From assembly GCF_020687165.1 (NCBI RefSeq), contig NZ_JAJEQC010000005.1: a stretch of 24,000 nt of DNA. One strand, given 5' to 3'. The notes under the pieces were generated by a model. The model saw nothing but the letters and a program-made list of their open reading frames with translations, had not been told where the DNA came from and did no database searches. The DNA comes from Hominenteromicrobium mulieris (GTDB lineage Bacteria > Bacillota > Clostridia > Oscillospirales > Acutalibacteraceae). The position numbers were made by a program, and so were the translations under genes. How positions within the stretch are numbered: position 1 is the stretch's first letter; each line of letters begins with the position of its first letter. Of the stretch, positions 14,298 through 23,042 are shown piece by piece.

Positions 14298-15343
14298 TCA
14301 ACTCGGTTTCGTTTCTGGACGGCAAACGCTTATGGAAAGAGAAAAACTATTGGCAAATGAGAACGGTTTCGGATGCACTTTGCAGAGAGTATGGTTTATC
14401 ACTTATCAAGCCGGTGCGCCGAGGTATGCCGTATGCAGCTTGGCAGGCAGAAAAAGAAGGAAAGCCGAACCGGCGTAAAGCGCTACGCGAAGACATAGAC
14501 CGCATACTCGCAAATGAAAATATAGAATCGCTCGAAGCTTTTTACGATACGCTGCGGGCGTACGGGTATGCCGTTATGACGGATCGAAAGTATGTTGCGA
14601 TTTGTCCGCCGGGCGGTGAACGAAATATTCGTTTGCAGTCGCTTGGAGAAAACTACGAGCCGGAAGCGCTGCACTTGCGCATTCTCCGTATCAAAGCAGA
14701 CCGACTGCTCGGTAAAACCAAAGTTATAGAACAGCCGATGACGCCCAAAAGGAAAATGCGCTTGCAAGGAACGGTACGTCGAAAATCTAAAGCGCATGGA
14801 ATACGGGCGCTTTATTATAAATGGCTTTATTATCTCGGTGTTTTTAAGCGGCGTCCCAAAGTATACGGCAGCGCGTTTGCCACGGCGCGTTGGCAACTGA
14901 ACGCATACATAAAGCAGTTCGATTATGTTGCGGCGCACAATATTAAAACGCGCGATGACGTAGAGCAACGGTTACGCGTAGTGCAGCACGAAATCTCCGG
15001 GCAGATTGATGAGCGGGAAGAAATAAGAGCAGTGCTGCGGCGTTTGGAGACAGGCGATGCTGAAATACAGGAGCAGCTTGAGAAAATCGAGAAGATCAAC
15101 GCACAACTCAAAAAGCTGCGGACAGAAGCAAAGCTGTGTGTGCAAATCCTCGAGCAGCAGCCGCAGATCAAATCCAAGATCGACAAAGCACATGAAGTAA
15201 AAACATTTGAAACAGAAAGGGGAAAAGAAAATGGACGAACAAGCGATCATCACCTTGAGCATCGAAGGAACGAAGCTGCTCCTACGCGGGAGCAAAGAAG
15301 TTCTGGCAGCGCTCGTAGCAGCGATCCGATACAGCGCAGATAA
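14298..15343 (+). CDS. Relaxase, exon 2
   Basis: Joining the A at 11824 to the TC at 14298 gives ...HIHNHFV-I-NSVSFLDGKRLWKEKNYWQMRTVSDALCREYGLS..., a typical relaxase continuation. 439 + 1046 = 1485 nt, which is 495 codons including the stop. The frame matches the track ORF 14357..15343. Confidence 0.85.
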
Positions 15344-16139
15344 AATGATCCCGGCGCGAAAATGCCGGGATTTTTTGACGAGTACATCGGAGGTGCGCTT
15401 TATCTCGATGAGCGATGAAGCCATCGAAACATTCAAAAAGGCTGCACGACCCTATGGCTTGCGGTACTTGCATTTGCACGACAGTAACGGAGATGGGTTA
15501 TCGACCTTAATGGTGCGCGGCGAAGATGCAGCAGTTATCAACCGCCTGATCGAGCGCAATAAACTGGCTGTGCTGACGGATGTTACACAGGCGGAAATCG
15601 AACGTGATCCGTCTAAGGCTGCGGACATCAACGAACCGATTCCGGAGGTTGTGATTGGAAAAGATCAAGTTCGAGTGCAGGATGCGGTTAAAGAGGCACG
15701 CGGCAGCGCACAAGACCTTTTAAAGCCGGAGCCAAACCCTACGAAAGGGCAGACGGAACAGAAAAGCCGTCTGTCCTCCAAAGGCTTGAAGACATCCGAA
15801 ATGGAACAAGAGGCTGAAGAACTTTGGGCAGATGTTACGGCGTCTATTGATAAGGACTTTGCAGAGCGAATCGAAGAAAAGCGTCAGCACAATTTTGAAC
15901 TTTATAACCAAGACGACCCGCTGCTCGGCGAGAAGGTTGTGAAAACCAAACGTACCGTGCCGGTACAGGACAAGCCATCTGTTATGAAAAAGCTGGAGGC
16001 TGCAAAAAACGTCAACACGCAAAAAGAAGCGAGAATTGCGGAAGCTGTGCGCCAGATGCAGGCAGGTGGACGTACTTCAAATACCGATAAGGTCATTCAG
16101 AAGACGCCGAAGGTGAAGCCGCAAAAGCTGAGAAGGTAG
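15231..16139 (+). CDS. pcfB: PcfB / DUF3801-family conjugation protein
   Basis: MDEQAIITLSIEGTKLLLRGSKEVLAALVAAI...FISMSDEAIETFKKAARPYGLRYLHL...TLMVRGEDAAVINRLIE matches the DUF3801 pattern as I remember it. The ATG at 15231 follows a GAAAGGGGAAAAG Shine-Dalgarno sequence. The gene overlaps the relaxase 3' end. Confidence 0.7.
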   Translation: MDEQAIITLSIEGTKLLLRGSKEVLAALVAAIRYSADKMIPARKCRDFLTSTSEVRFISMSDEAIETFKKAARPYGLRYLHLHDSNGDGLSTLMVRGEDAAVINRLIERNKLAVLTDVTQAEIERDPSKAADINEPIPEVVIGKDQVRVQDAVKEARGSAQDLLKPEPNPTKGQTEQKSRLSSKGLKTSEMEQEAEELWADVTASIDKDFAERIEEKRQHNFELYNQDDPLLGEKVVKTKRTVPVQDKPSVMKKLEAAKNVNTQKEARIAEAVRQMQAGGRTSNTDKVIQKTPKVKPQKLRR

Positions 16140-16140
16140 G

Positions 16141-17112
16141 ATGGTGTGTATGGCAATATCAAAAGAAGACATAAAACCTTTGGCTTGGTCGGCGGAGGAT
16201 GAACCAATGTTCCTTAAGGACGACGAAAATAAAGACGGAAAAAGCGGCAATGTTGCCGGTTCTGCGGATACGATTTTACGCACACGTCGCATTTTCAAAA
16301 TGAAGAAGAATTCCGGCGGCAGAAAAAAACAATCATGGAAAGCGCTGAATACACGTTGGCTAATGGCGCGGGATGAGATGTTCGTCAACGAGCGTTTCTT
16401 GGAGAAAGTGTTGCAGGTTATGGGACGTATGCGGTTTGGTGTCAAAAACTCAATGCTGATCGCATTGCAGAATGAGAAGGCAACACGTATTGCAACGGCT
16501 GCATCATGGCGCGGCTTAGGCGTGCAGCTTCTGCCGGGTGCAGAGGCAAAACCGATATGGTTGGATGCAGGAGCAGACACGCAGCGAAAAACCATAGTAC
16601 CGAGCAAATGGTATGACATTACGCAGACAGATGCCGGAGAAAAACTGACGCTGAAAGGTACGATCTATAACACGCTTGCCATTTGCAGGATCACTCTAAA
16701 TCAGATCGACGAGCTGAAAATCGTAGAACAACAAGGTGTGACGGGCATCCACTATGACCGTGAAGTACATGCGTATCTTGTGCAGCCGGGGCAGATGGAA
16801 AGAGCTATGCTTTGCTACGCCGCGCTTGAAGCATTGGCCGAAAAAGATTTTGCGCTGGTTTTTCAGGAGAATGAGAAAACAGCGCTGCCGGATACACCGG
16901 CAAATGAGATCATTGCAAAATGTGCAGCGTATATTGTATGCGTACATTTTGGCGTTTTGCCGCAGGAAGTGTGTGTGCGCGTCCCGACGGCGCTCGGCAC
17001 AGATAAAATTGAAAATCTGCTGCGGGCGTTATCCACAGCGCAGAGCATCGCAGCACAAGAAATTATGGTGATCGAAAATCGACTTCGGTCAAAGAAATGG
17101 AGGACAATATGA
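16141..17112 (+). CDS. Hypothetical protein with an ArdC-N-like (ssDNA-binding) segment and no protease domain
   Basis: FGVKNSMLIALQNEKATRIATAASWRGLGVQLLPGAEAKPIWLD aligns position by position with YSVRNQMLIYKQNPYAMFTAGYNQFEKMGYTVQKGEKGMRIWVP in the 6720 protein (shared pattern V.N.MLI..QN..A....A.......G.....G.....IW). The likely start is the ATG at 16150, after AAGGTAGGA. Confidence 0.55.
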   Translation: MVCMAISKEDIKPLAWSAEDEPMFLKDDENKDGKSGNVAGSADTILRTRRIFKMKKNSGGRKKQSWKALNTRWLMARDEMFVNERFLEKVLQVMGRMRFGVKNSMLIALQNEKATRIATAASWRGLGVQLLPGAEAKPIWLDAGADTQRKTIVPSKWYDITQTDAGEKLTLKGTIYNTLAICRITLNQIDELKIVEQQGVTGIHYDREVHAYLVQPGQMERAMLCYAALEALAEKDFALVFQENEKTALPDTPANEIIAKCAAYIVCVHFGVLPQEVCVRVPTALGTDKIENLLRALSTAQSIAAQEIMVIENRLRSKKWRTI

Positions 17113-17282
17113 TGAAAAATGAAAAAGAATTAGCGGCAAGAGGTTGCTTGTGTGTGGAACCGAGTTCACCGGAATGCAGCGTACCTTATATCGTTACAGA
17201 CCCCAAAGGCGAGTTGCGGCATTATGAGGAAAAAATAAAGGAAAACGGTTATAAAATAATTGTGAGCGAGTTCAAAAGATGA
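17109..17282 (+). CDS. Short ORF (57 aa) encoding a coupling-protein-derived fragment, probably a remnant
   Basis: PECSVPYIVTDPKGELRHYEEKIKENGYKIIV parallels LQCNSSYIIMDPKGELLRDIGNVFKAEGYKIRV in the full-length T4CP immediately downstream. There is no TM region or Walker A. A GGAGG Shine-Dalgarno sequence lies at 17099..17103, and ATGA overlaps occur at both ends (17109..17112 and 17279..17282). Confidence 0.45.
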   Translation: MMKNEKELAARGCLCVEPSSPECSVPYIVTDPKGELRHYEEKIKENGYKIIVSEFKR

Positions 17283-19072
17283 GAGGAAAAAATACATTAA
17301 CGGCTTGGATCATGGCAGGCATCGGGGCGGTATTTGTGCTTTGGCTTGCGGTGCTGATCGCGCCGTATGCAGAGGGCGGCTTGCCCGGGATTTTGCTGAA
17401 CATGAATGAGATCACTGCACATCCGTTTCGGTTGGAACTCTGTGCCGACACAGGAAAAGCCGTGGGCATATTTCTGGGCGGTTATGCGTTAGTGCTTTTA
17501 TACATATTTAGCTCACAGAAGAATTTTCGCCACGGCGAGGAACACGGTTCGGCAAAATGGGAGAATGTGTATCTACTGAACCACCGGCTCCACGACAAAG
17601 AACACCCGGATGAAAACCGCATCTTATCCAGACATTTGAGCATCACAACGGATCAGCGCAAGTTAGATAAAAACCTATTTACGCTTGTTATCGGCGGCTC
17701 CGGCTCGCGCAAAACACGAGCGTACGTAAAACCCAATTTACTGCAATGTAACTCATCTTATATCATCATGGACCCGAAAGGGGAGCTGCTCCGCGATATT
17801 GGCAATGTATTTAAGGCAGAGGGTTACAAAATCCGTGTCTTTGACCTTATTGATATGCTCAGCAGTTTTCGGTATAACCCATTCGTCTATTTTAAACGGG
17901 AAAGCGACATACAAGGCTTTATCACGAACTTATTTGCAAATACCGAGGATAAAACGAAACATGGTGGTGATGCCTTTTGGGACAAGACGGCGAAAATGAT
18001 GCTTTCGGCGCTCATGTATTACGTGTGGTATGAATGCCCGGAGACGGAAATGAATTTCGGAACAGTTATGGAGCTGATCCTTGCCGAGACCGTCGAAGAA
18101 GGCGATGAAGCCGGTATCTCTGCGACACAGGTGCTCATTGAGGAACTGCGTGCCAGAAGCCCGAGGCATATAGCGGTGCGCTACTTTGATGCTTACCGTA
18201 AGGGTGCAGGGGAGACGATCATGAGTATTCAGGAATCGCTTCTCAGCCGCTTGGAAAAGTTTTTGCTTGAAGACGTGGTAAACCTAACGACCGGTGATGA
18301 ATTGGAACTCGAAAAGATTGGCGAAGAAAAAACGGCGCTGTTTATCCGTATGCCGGACGACAACAGTTTCCATTTTCTGGCATCGGCGCTCATCACACAG
18401 CTTTTTCAGCTTATGATGGCACAGGCAGATGCACGCAGCACCGGCAGCTTACCCGTGCCGGTGCATTTTGTGCTCGAGGAAGCGCGAAATATTACGTTGC
18501 CGGACAGCTTCCAAAACTGGGTTGCGACGATGCGTTCGCGCAACATCACATTATCGATTATTCTGCAAAATATATCGCAGATCAAGCGTATGTTCCCGGA
18601 CGACTGGGAGTCCGTGTCCGGCATGTGCGATGAGATACTATATCTCGGCGGCAACGAGCAGAGCACACACGAATGGATTTCCAAAGCGATGGGACAGGAA
18701 ACGATCGATAACCGTAGCTACGGTACAACGCATAGTTGGACGAGCGGCAGCAACAGCACCAATGAGCAAAACAGTGGCCGCGCTTTGATGGATGTAACAG
18801 AGGTACGTCTAAAAAACAAGCTGCTGAAAGGCAAAATTGGCAGCGTAATTATGATCTTAGCCGATGAGCGGCCGATAATCGACGAAAAATACGACCTGAA
18901 CCGGCATCCGAGAATTAAGCTTTCGGCCGACGGCGGTGCGCCGCAGTATTCTTATGTTTCGTCAGCGCTTTTGCCGGAAACGAACACAATACAGATCAAC
19001 GAAACAGACGTTGATGAAGACGAGGTGGACGGTATGTTTACCTTTGACCTTCAAAATGTCGAACTAAATTAA
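17279..19072 (+). CDS. virD4: Type IV coupling protein (VirD4/TraG family)
   Basis: Two N-terminal TM helices (AWIMAGIGAVFVLWLAVLIAPY, GIFLGGYALVLLYIF). Walker A-like VIGGSGSRKT, then the DPKGEL motif, Walker B-like VHFVLEEARN, and SIILQNISQ (the SxxxQ motif typical of TraG/VirD4). Confidence 0.88.
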   Translation: MRGKNTLTAWIMAGIGAVFVLWLAVLIAPYAEGGLPGILLNMNEITAHPFRLELCADTGKAVGIFLGGYALVLLYIFSSQKNFRHGEEHGSAKWENVYLLNHRLHDKEHPDENRILSRHLSITTDQRKLDKNLFTLVIGGSGSRKTRAYVKPNLLQCNSSYIIMDPKGELLRDIGNVFKAEGYKIRVFDLIDMLSSFRYNPFVYFKRESDIQGFITNLFANTEDKTKHGGDAFWDKTAKMMLSALMYYVWYECPETEMNFGTVMELILAETVEEGDEAGISATQVLIEELRARSPRHIAVRYFDAYRKGAGETIMSIQESLLSRLEKFLLEDVVNLTTGDELELEKIGEEKTALFIRMPDDNSFHFLASALITQLFQLMMAQADARSTGSLPVPVHFVLEEARNITLPDSFQNWVATMRSRNITLSIILQNISQIKRMFPDDWESVSGMCDEILYLGGNEQSTHEWISKAMGQETIDNRSYGTTHSWTSGSNSTNEQNSGRALMDVTEVRLKNKLLKGKIGSVIMILADERPIIDEKYDLNRHPRIKLSADGGAPQYSYVSSALLPETNTIQINETDVDEDEVDGMFTFDLQNVELN

Positions 19073-19085
19073 AGGAGCGATTCAC

Positions 19086-19415
19086 ATGAGAAAGTTTAAT
19101 TTGAACCGAGTGGGAAAATACGCACGGTACGCATACTTTGCGATGGCAAGCGCAACGCTGCTTGCTATCCCCTGCTTTGCAAGCACCGGTGTGGCAGAGA
19201 TTGACACACCGATTAACAATTTGCTGACGATGTTTTTCGGGTTGCTGAAAGTAGTAGGTATATTTGTAGGCTTATTTGGTCTTGTGCAAATCGTCATGGC
19301 AGGATTTAGCCACGATTCTACGAAGCGCATTATAGGTGTTACGTGTATTATCGGTGGATTTACCCTTTGCTTCGCACAGCAGATTCTGACGTTCCTCGGT
19401 ATGACAACAGCATAA
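19086..19415 (+). CDS. Maff2-family small membrane protein (pilin-like topology)
   Basis: A signal-peptide-like N-terminus (ATLLAIPCFAST) is followed by two hydrophobic helices flanking AGFSHDSTKR. This matches my recollection of Maff2 proteins, which are encoded next to VirD4 in clostridial elements. Confidence 0.6.
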   Translation: MRKFNLNRVGKYARYAYFAMASATLLAIPCFASTGVAEIDTPINNLLTMFFGLLKVVGIFVGLFGLVQIVMAGFSHDSTKRIIGVTCIIGGFTLCFAQQILTFLGMTTA

Positions 19416-19431
19416 AAGGGAGTGAACTGCT

Positions 19432-20250
19432 TTGTATGAACTTGTGCTGCAATTTTTAACACAAATATTCGGCTTGATGTACTCGGTGCTGACGGAAGAT
19501 CTCTCAGATTTTAGCCCGCACGCATACGAGTATATTTCAATTCTGAATACGATATTGAAAGGGTTTGCATCATCACTGATGCTTGTTGCATTTTGCGTAG
19601 GGTACATACAATCCGCCGTGTCGCTGATCGAGCAAAAAACGCCGATTGCAATATTCAAAACCTTGGCGCGGCTCGTGATCGTCAATGCTCTGGTGGTACG
19701 CGGTACGGATATAATCCTCATGCCGATGTTCTCTGTTGTCCGCAGCTTAACAAGCCGCCTGATTGAGGCGATGGGCGGACAAGCCGGACTTCTTCCCAAT
19801 ATAGACGAAAGCTCACCGGGCGGTGTTGCCGGTGCGATAGGCGAGCTGCTGTCCATTAACATCCTGACCGGTATTTTATATATTGCGGTCATTATCAGCG
19901 GTCTGGTTTTGCTGCTGACGGTGTTCGGGCGTTTTCTCAAAGTCTATGTCTATATGTCGATAGCGCCGGTTCCGTTGGCGTTTTTTGCCGGTGGAAATGT
20001 AACCGCCATGTATGGCCGCAACTATATAAAAAACGTGTTCGGCGTTTGCATGGAAGCCGTTACGATGGTAATCGCCATACAGCTGTTTTGCGCGATAGCG
20101 GATGATGCTGTGATGACACAGGTAGGCGGGATGTTGGGCTTTCTGGGTACGATGGCGAAACCGGTCATGCTGCTTCTGTACTTGTCGTCTCTCAGCGCCA
20201 TTATAAAAGGTGCCGACAACATGACGCATAAGCTGTTGGGATTTGTGTAA
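19432..20250 (+). CDS. VirB6/TrbL-like polytopic membrane protein of the T4SS
   Basis: TTG start 9 nt after AAAGGGAG. It has five or more hydrophobic helices. Its size and its position between Maff2 and PrgI/VirB4 are as in clostridial T4SS modules. Confidence 0.6.
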   Translation: MYELVLQFLTQIFGLMYSVLTEDLSDFSPHAYEYISILNTILKGFASSLMLVAFCVGYIQSAVSLIEQKTPIAIFKTLARLVIVNALVVRGTDIILMPMFSVVRSLTSRLIEAMGGQAGLLPNIDESSPGGVAGAIGELLSINILTGILYIAVIISGLVLLLTVFGRFLKVYVYMSIAPVPLAFFAGGNVTAMYGRNYIKNVFGVCMEAVTMVIAIQLFCAIADDAVMTQVGGMLGFLGTMAKPVMLLLYLSSLSAIIKGADNMTHKLLGFV

Positions 20251-20269
20251 GGAAGGAGCGAAAAGAGTT

Positions 20270-20761
20270 ATGCAAATCAAAGTAAACCAAGAAATACGAG
20301 ATATTAAAGATGAGTTCCTATCCGGTTTATCTGTGCGTCAGACTATTTGGAGTGCTGCAGCGCTATGTGCGGGCTTTATCACTTTTTGGAATGTATATAC
20401 GCGTTTCGGCAGTACCGATATGGCATCGTTCCTTACGTTATGCGCAAGTGCACCGTTGGCCTTGATAGGCTTTTTTAAGTGGCATAAAATGCCCGCCGAA
20501 CGTGTGGCGTTATGCTGGCTGCATGCGCTCTTGATGCCTCGCAGGCTTGTTTTTAAGGGCAGCAATATACACGCAAATGAGATTGAACAGCTTTGCACAG
20601 CCGCACGTGCGGTCGAGCTGAATGAAATGAAGAACAGAAGGGAGAAAGGCAAAGATGCTTTGGAAAAAGACCTTGAGGGGCGCGGAGCAGTATCAACAGG
20701 GAAGCATGAAAATTCCGCGCAGCACGCAGGAGATGATCCCGGTCAAGCACATTCTGAATGA
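20270..20761 (+). CDS. prgI: PrgI-family (VirB3-like) membrane protein
   Basis: MQIKVNQEIRDIKDEFLSGLSVRQTIWSAAALCAGFITFW...APLALIGFFKWHKMPAERV matches the PrgI pattern (kdk...GLt.RQ, two TM helices, then G.p.E). The ATG at 20270 follows AAGGAAGGAG. The 3' end overlaps virB4. Confidence 0.7.
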   Translation: MQIKVNQEIRDIKDEFLSGLSVRQTIWSAAALCAGFITFWNVYTRFGSTDMASFLTLCASAPLALIGFFKWHKMPAERVALCWLHALLMPRRLVFKGSNIHANEIEQLCTAARAVELNEMKNRREKGKDALEKDLEGRGAVSTGKHENSAQHAGDDPGQAHSE

Positions 20762-23042
20762 TGGTACATTCGTACTTGACAGCGGAGAATATTCCAAAAT
20801 GTTTGCGTTTACGGACATCAACTACACGGAGCTGCGCGATGAAGAAAAGATGCGTCGGCTTGTGGATTATTCAGCACTGCTCAATTCTATCGATAAAGGC
20901 ATTTACGCGAAGATCAGTATTTTCTTTCGACCGATACGGCAGGAGCAGTTCGAGCGCGATGTGTTGATCCCGATGAACCCGGAAGATGAGTTGGATGATT
21001 ATCGGGAGAATATGAATACCGTACTGCGGGAACAGGTGCGCGGTACGCTCGGCATGACGAAGCAGGCGTATCTGACGATAACAGCAGGACGAAGAAATGA
21101 TGAAGATGCCGCAGCGTTTTTTGCTCGCGTGGAGGGAAACTTAATCAGCAGTTTTCAGGCGCTCGGCGTGGAGCTGCGTGCTGTGCCTTTGTCTGAACGT
21201 CTGCGTTTGCTACACGATATTTACCGGCCGGGTTTAGAGGAAACTTTCCGATATGATGCTCACGCAGAAAAAAAGCTCGGCATGAACTGGAAAGACAGCA
21301 TTGCACCGCTCAGTGCGGAAGCTCTCAATTCCTGTACGCATTTGAAGATCGGCGGCCGATACTGCAAAACGCTGTTCCTGAATGCCTATCCGATATATCT
21401 CAACGACCGCATTGTTTCGGATATTGCCTCTATCGGCAAGCCGATGATCTTTACAATCGATTTTCTGCCGATACCGAGCGCCGAAGCGATGGCGGAGGCG
21501 GAAAGCCGCAGTATGGCAATCGATACGAAAATCGTAAACTATACGCTGCACCAACAGCGCAACGGCAATTACAGCGGCAGCGTGCCGTATAAGCTGATGC
21601 AGCGTGCGGCAGGAGTACAGGAAGTCATGGAGGCTATACAGGAGCGCGACCAAAACTTATACCTTGTTACCGTCACCGTAGCACATTTTGCCGATACGCG
21701 GGAAGAACTGGAAAACGATGCTGAAAGCATCATGAGCAAAGGAAAATCCATTTCCTGCCAGTTTCTTCCGCTCCTTGCCCAGCAGTACGAGGGGCTGAAT
21801 ACGGCATTGCCTTTTGGGCGTCCGTTTATTCAGGCGGATCGATTGCTAACAACGCAGGCGCTTGCCGGTATTTGCCCGTTTGCAGCGCAGGAAATCTATT
21901 ATCCGGGCGGCTCGTGGTTCGGTATTAACGCAAAGACGAAACGTCTCATTACCATAAACCGCGATATGCTGATGAGCGGCAACAGCCTTGTGTTGGCGAC
22001 GACCGGCGGCGGTAAGTCGTTCCACATCAAGGAGGACGCTTTGCAGGTCGCACTGAAAGGGGAGGCAGACATATTTTTCGTTGACCCGGAGTGTGAGTAT
22101 GTTGTGGCGACACAAAGGCTTGGCGGAACGGTGATCTCCTTATCTCCGTCTACACCGCACAGGATCAATCCGCTTGAGATCAGTGCCGACCCCGATGACC
22201 GCAGCAGCGAACCGTTGAAAGAAAAGCTTGAATTTGTCATGTCTTTTTGCCGTATCTTGCTTATGGAAGATGGCAACGTGCTTGACGGCAAAATGAAAAG
22301 CCTTTTGGATCGTTGTGTGCGAAAGCTGTATGCACCGGTCGTGGCATCCGGTTATACAAAGCCGTCGCCGCTGCTTGGTGATCTGTACCGTATGCTGAAA
22401 GAGCAGGACGCACCGGAAGCACAGGAACTGGCGCTGCGCATGGAAATTTATACTGCGGGTTCTTACGATATGTTTGCGCAGTCTACGAACGTCGATACAC
22501 AGGCGCATATCATCGACTATGACCTTTCAAAGCTTGGTGAGGGTATGAACGCGGTCGGTATGCTCATTGTCCTTGAATCGATTTACAGCCGCCTAATGGA
22601 CAACTGGCGGAAAAAGAGGCACACGTACATTTATATCGATGAGATCATGACGATTTTTCGTAACCCATACGCGGCACAGTATTTTGCATCGCTTTGGCAG
22701 CGCATCCGCAAGCGCGGCGGTTATATCATCGGTGCGACCCAGAACACAACGGAAATACTAAACAGCCCGGAGGCACGTAAACTGCTTGAAAACAGCTACA
22801 TTATCACGATGCTGTACCAGTCTGCACCGGACAGAGACGTACTTGCGGAAATGTTTAGCCTGTCTGAGGCGCAGAAGCAGGCGCTTGCCAAGGAGCAGTA
22901 CGGCACAGGACTCATCAAGGTCGGCAGCACGATTGTGCCGTTTGAAAACGATTTCCCGACCGATAATCCCTTGTATCAGCTGATGTCCACAAAGCCGTCT
23001 GACGGATGGGGGCAAGAAGTAAATGAACATTACGACGTATGA
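20655..23042 (+). CDS. virB4: VirB4-family conjugal transfer ATPase (795 aa)
   Basis: AAGGGAGAAAGG Shine-Dalgarno sequence. The N-terminus STQEMIPVKHILNDGTFVL is typical of Gram-positive VirB4 proteins. Walker A is LATTGGGKSF and Walker B is TYIYIDEIMT, followed by GATQN. Confidence 0.9.
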   Translation: MLWKKTLRGAEQYQQGSMKIPRSTQEMIPVKHILNDGTFVLDSGEYSKMFAFTDINYTELRDEEKMRRLVDYSALLNSIDKGIYAKISIFFRPIRQEQFERDVLIPMNPEDELDDYRENMNTVLREQVRGTLGMTKQAYLTITAGRRNDEDAAAFFARVEGNLISSFQALGVELRAVPLSERLRLLHDIYRPGLEETFRYDAHAEKKLGMNWKDSIAPLSAEALNSCTHLKIGGRYCKTLFLNAYPIYLNDRIVSDIASIGKPMIFTIDFLPIPSAEAMAEAESRSMAIDTKIVNYTLHQQRNGNYSGSVPYKLMQRAAGVQEVMEAIQERDQNLYLVTVTVAHFADTREELENDAESIMSKGKSISCQFLPLLAQQYEGLNTALPFGRPFIQADRLLTTQALAGICPFAAQEIYYPGGSWFGINAKTKRLITINRDMLMSGNSLVLATTGGGKSFHIKEDALQVALKGEADIFFVDPECEYVVATQRLGGTVISLSPSTPHRINPLEISADPDDRSSEPLKEKLEFVMSFCRILLMEDGNVLDGKMKSLLDRCVRKLYAPVVASGYTKPSPLLGDLYRMLKEQDAPEAQELALRMEIYTAGSYDMFAQSTNVDTQAHIIDYDLSKLGEGMNAVGMLIVLESIYSRLMDNWRKKRHTYIYIDEIMTIFRNPYAAQYFASLWQRIRKRGGYIIGATQNTTEILNSPEARKLLENSYIITMLYQSAPDRDVLAEMFSLSEAQKQALAKEQYGTGLIKVGSTIVPFENDFPTDNPLYQLMSTKPSDGWGQEVNEHYDV

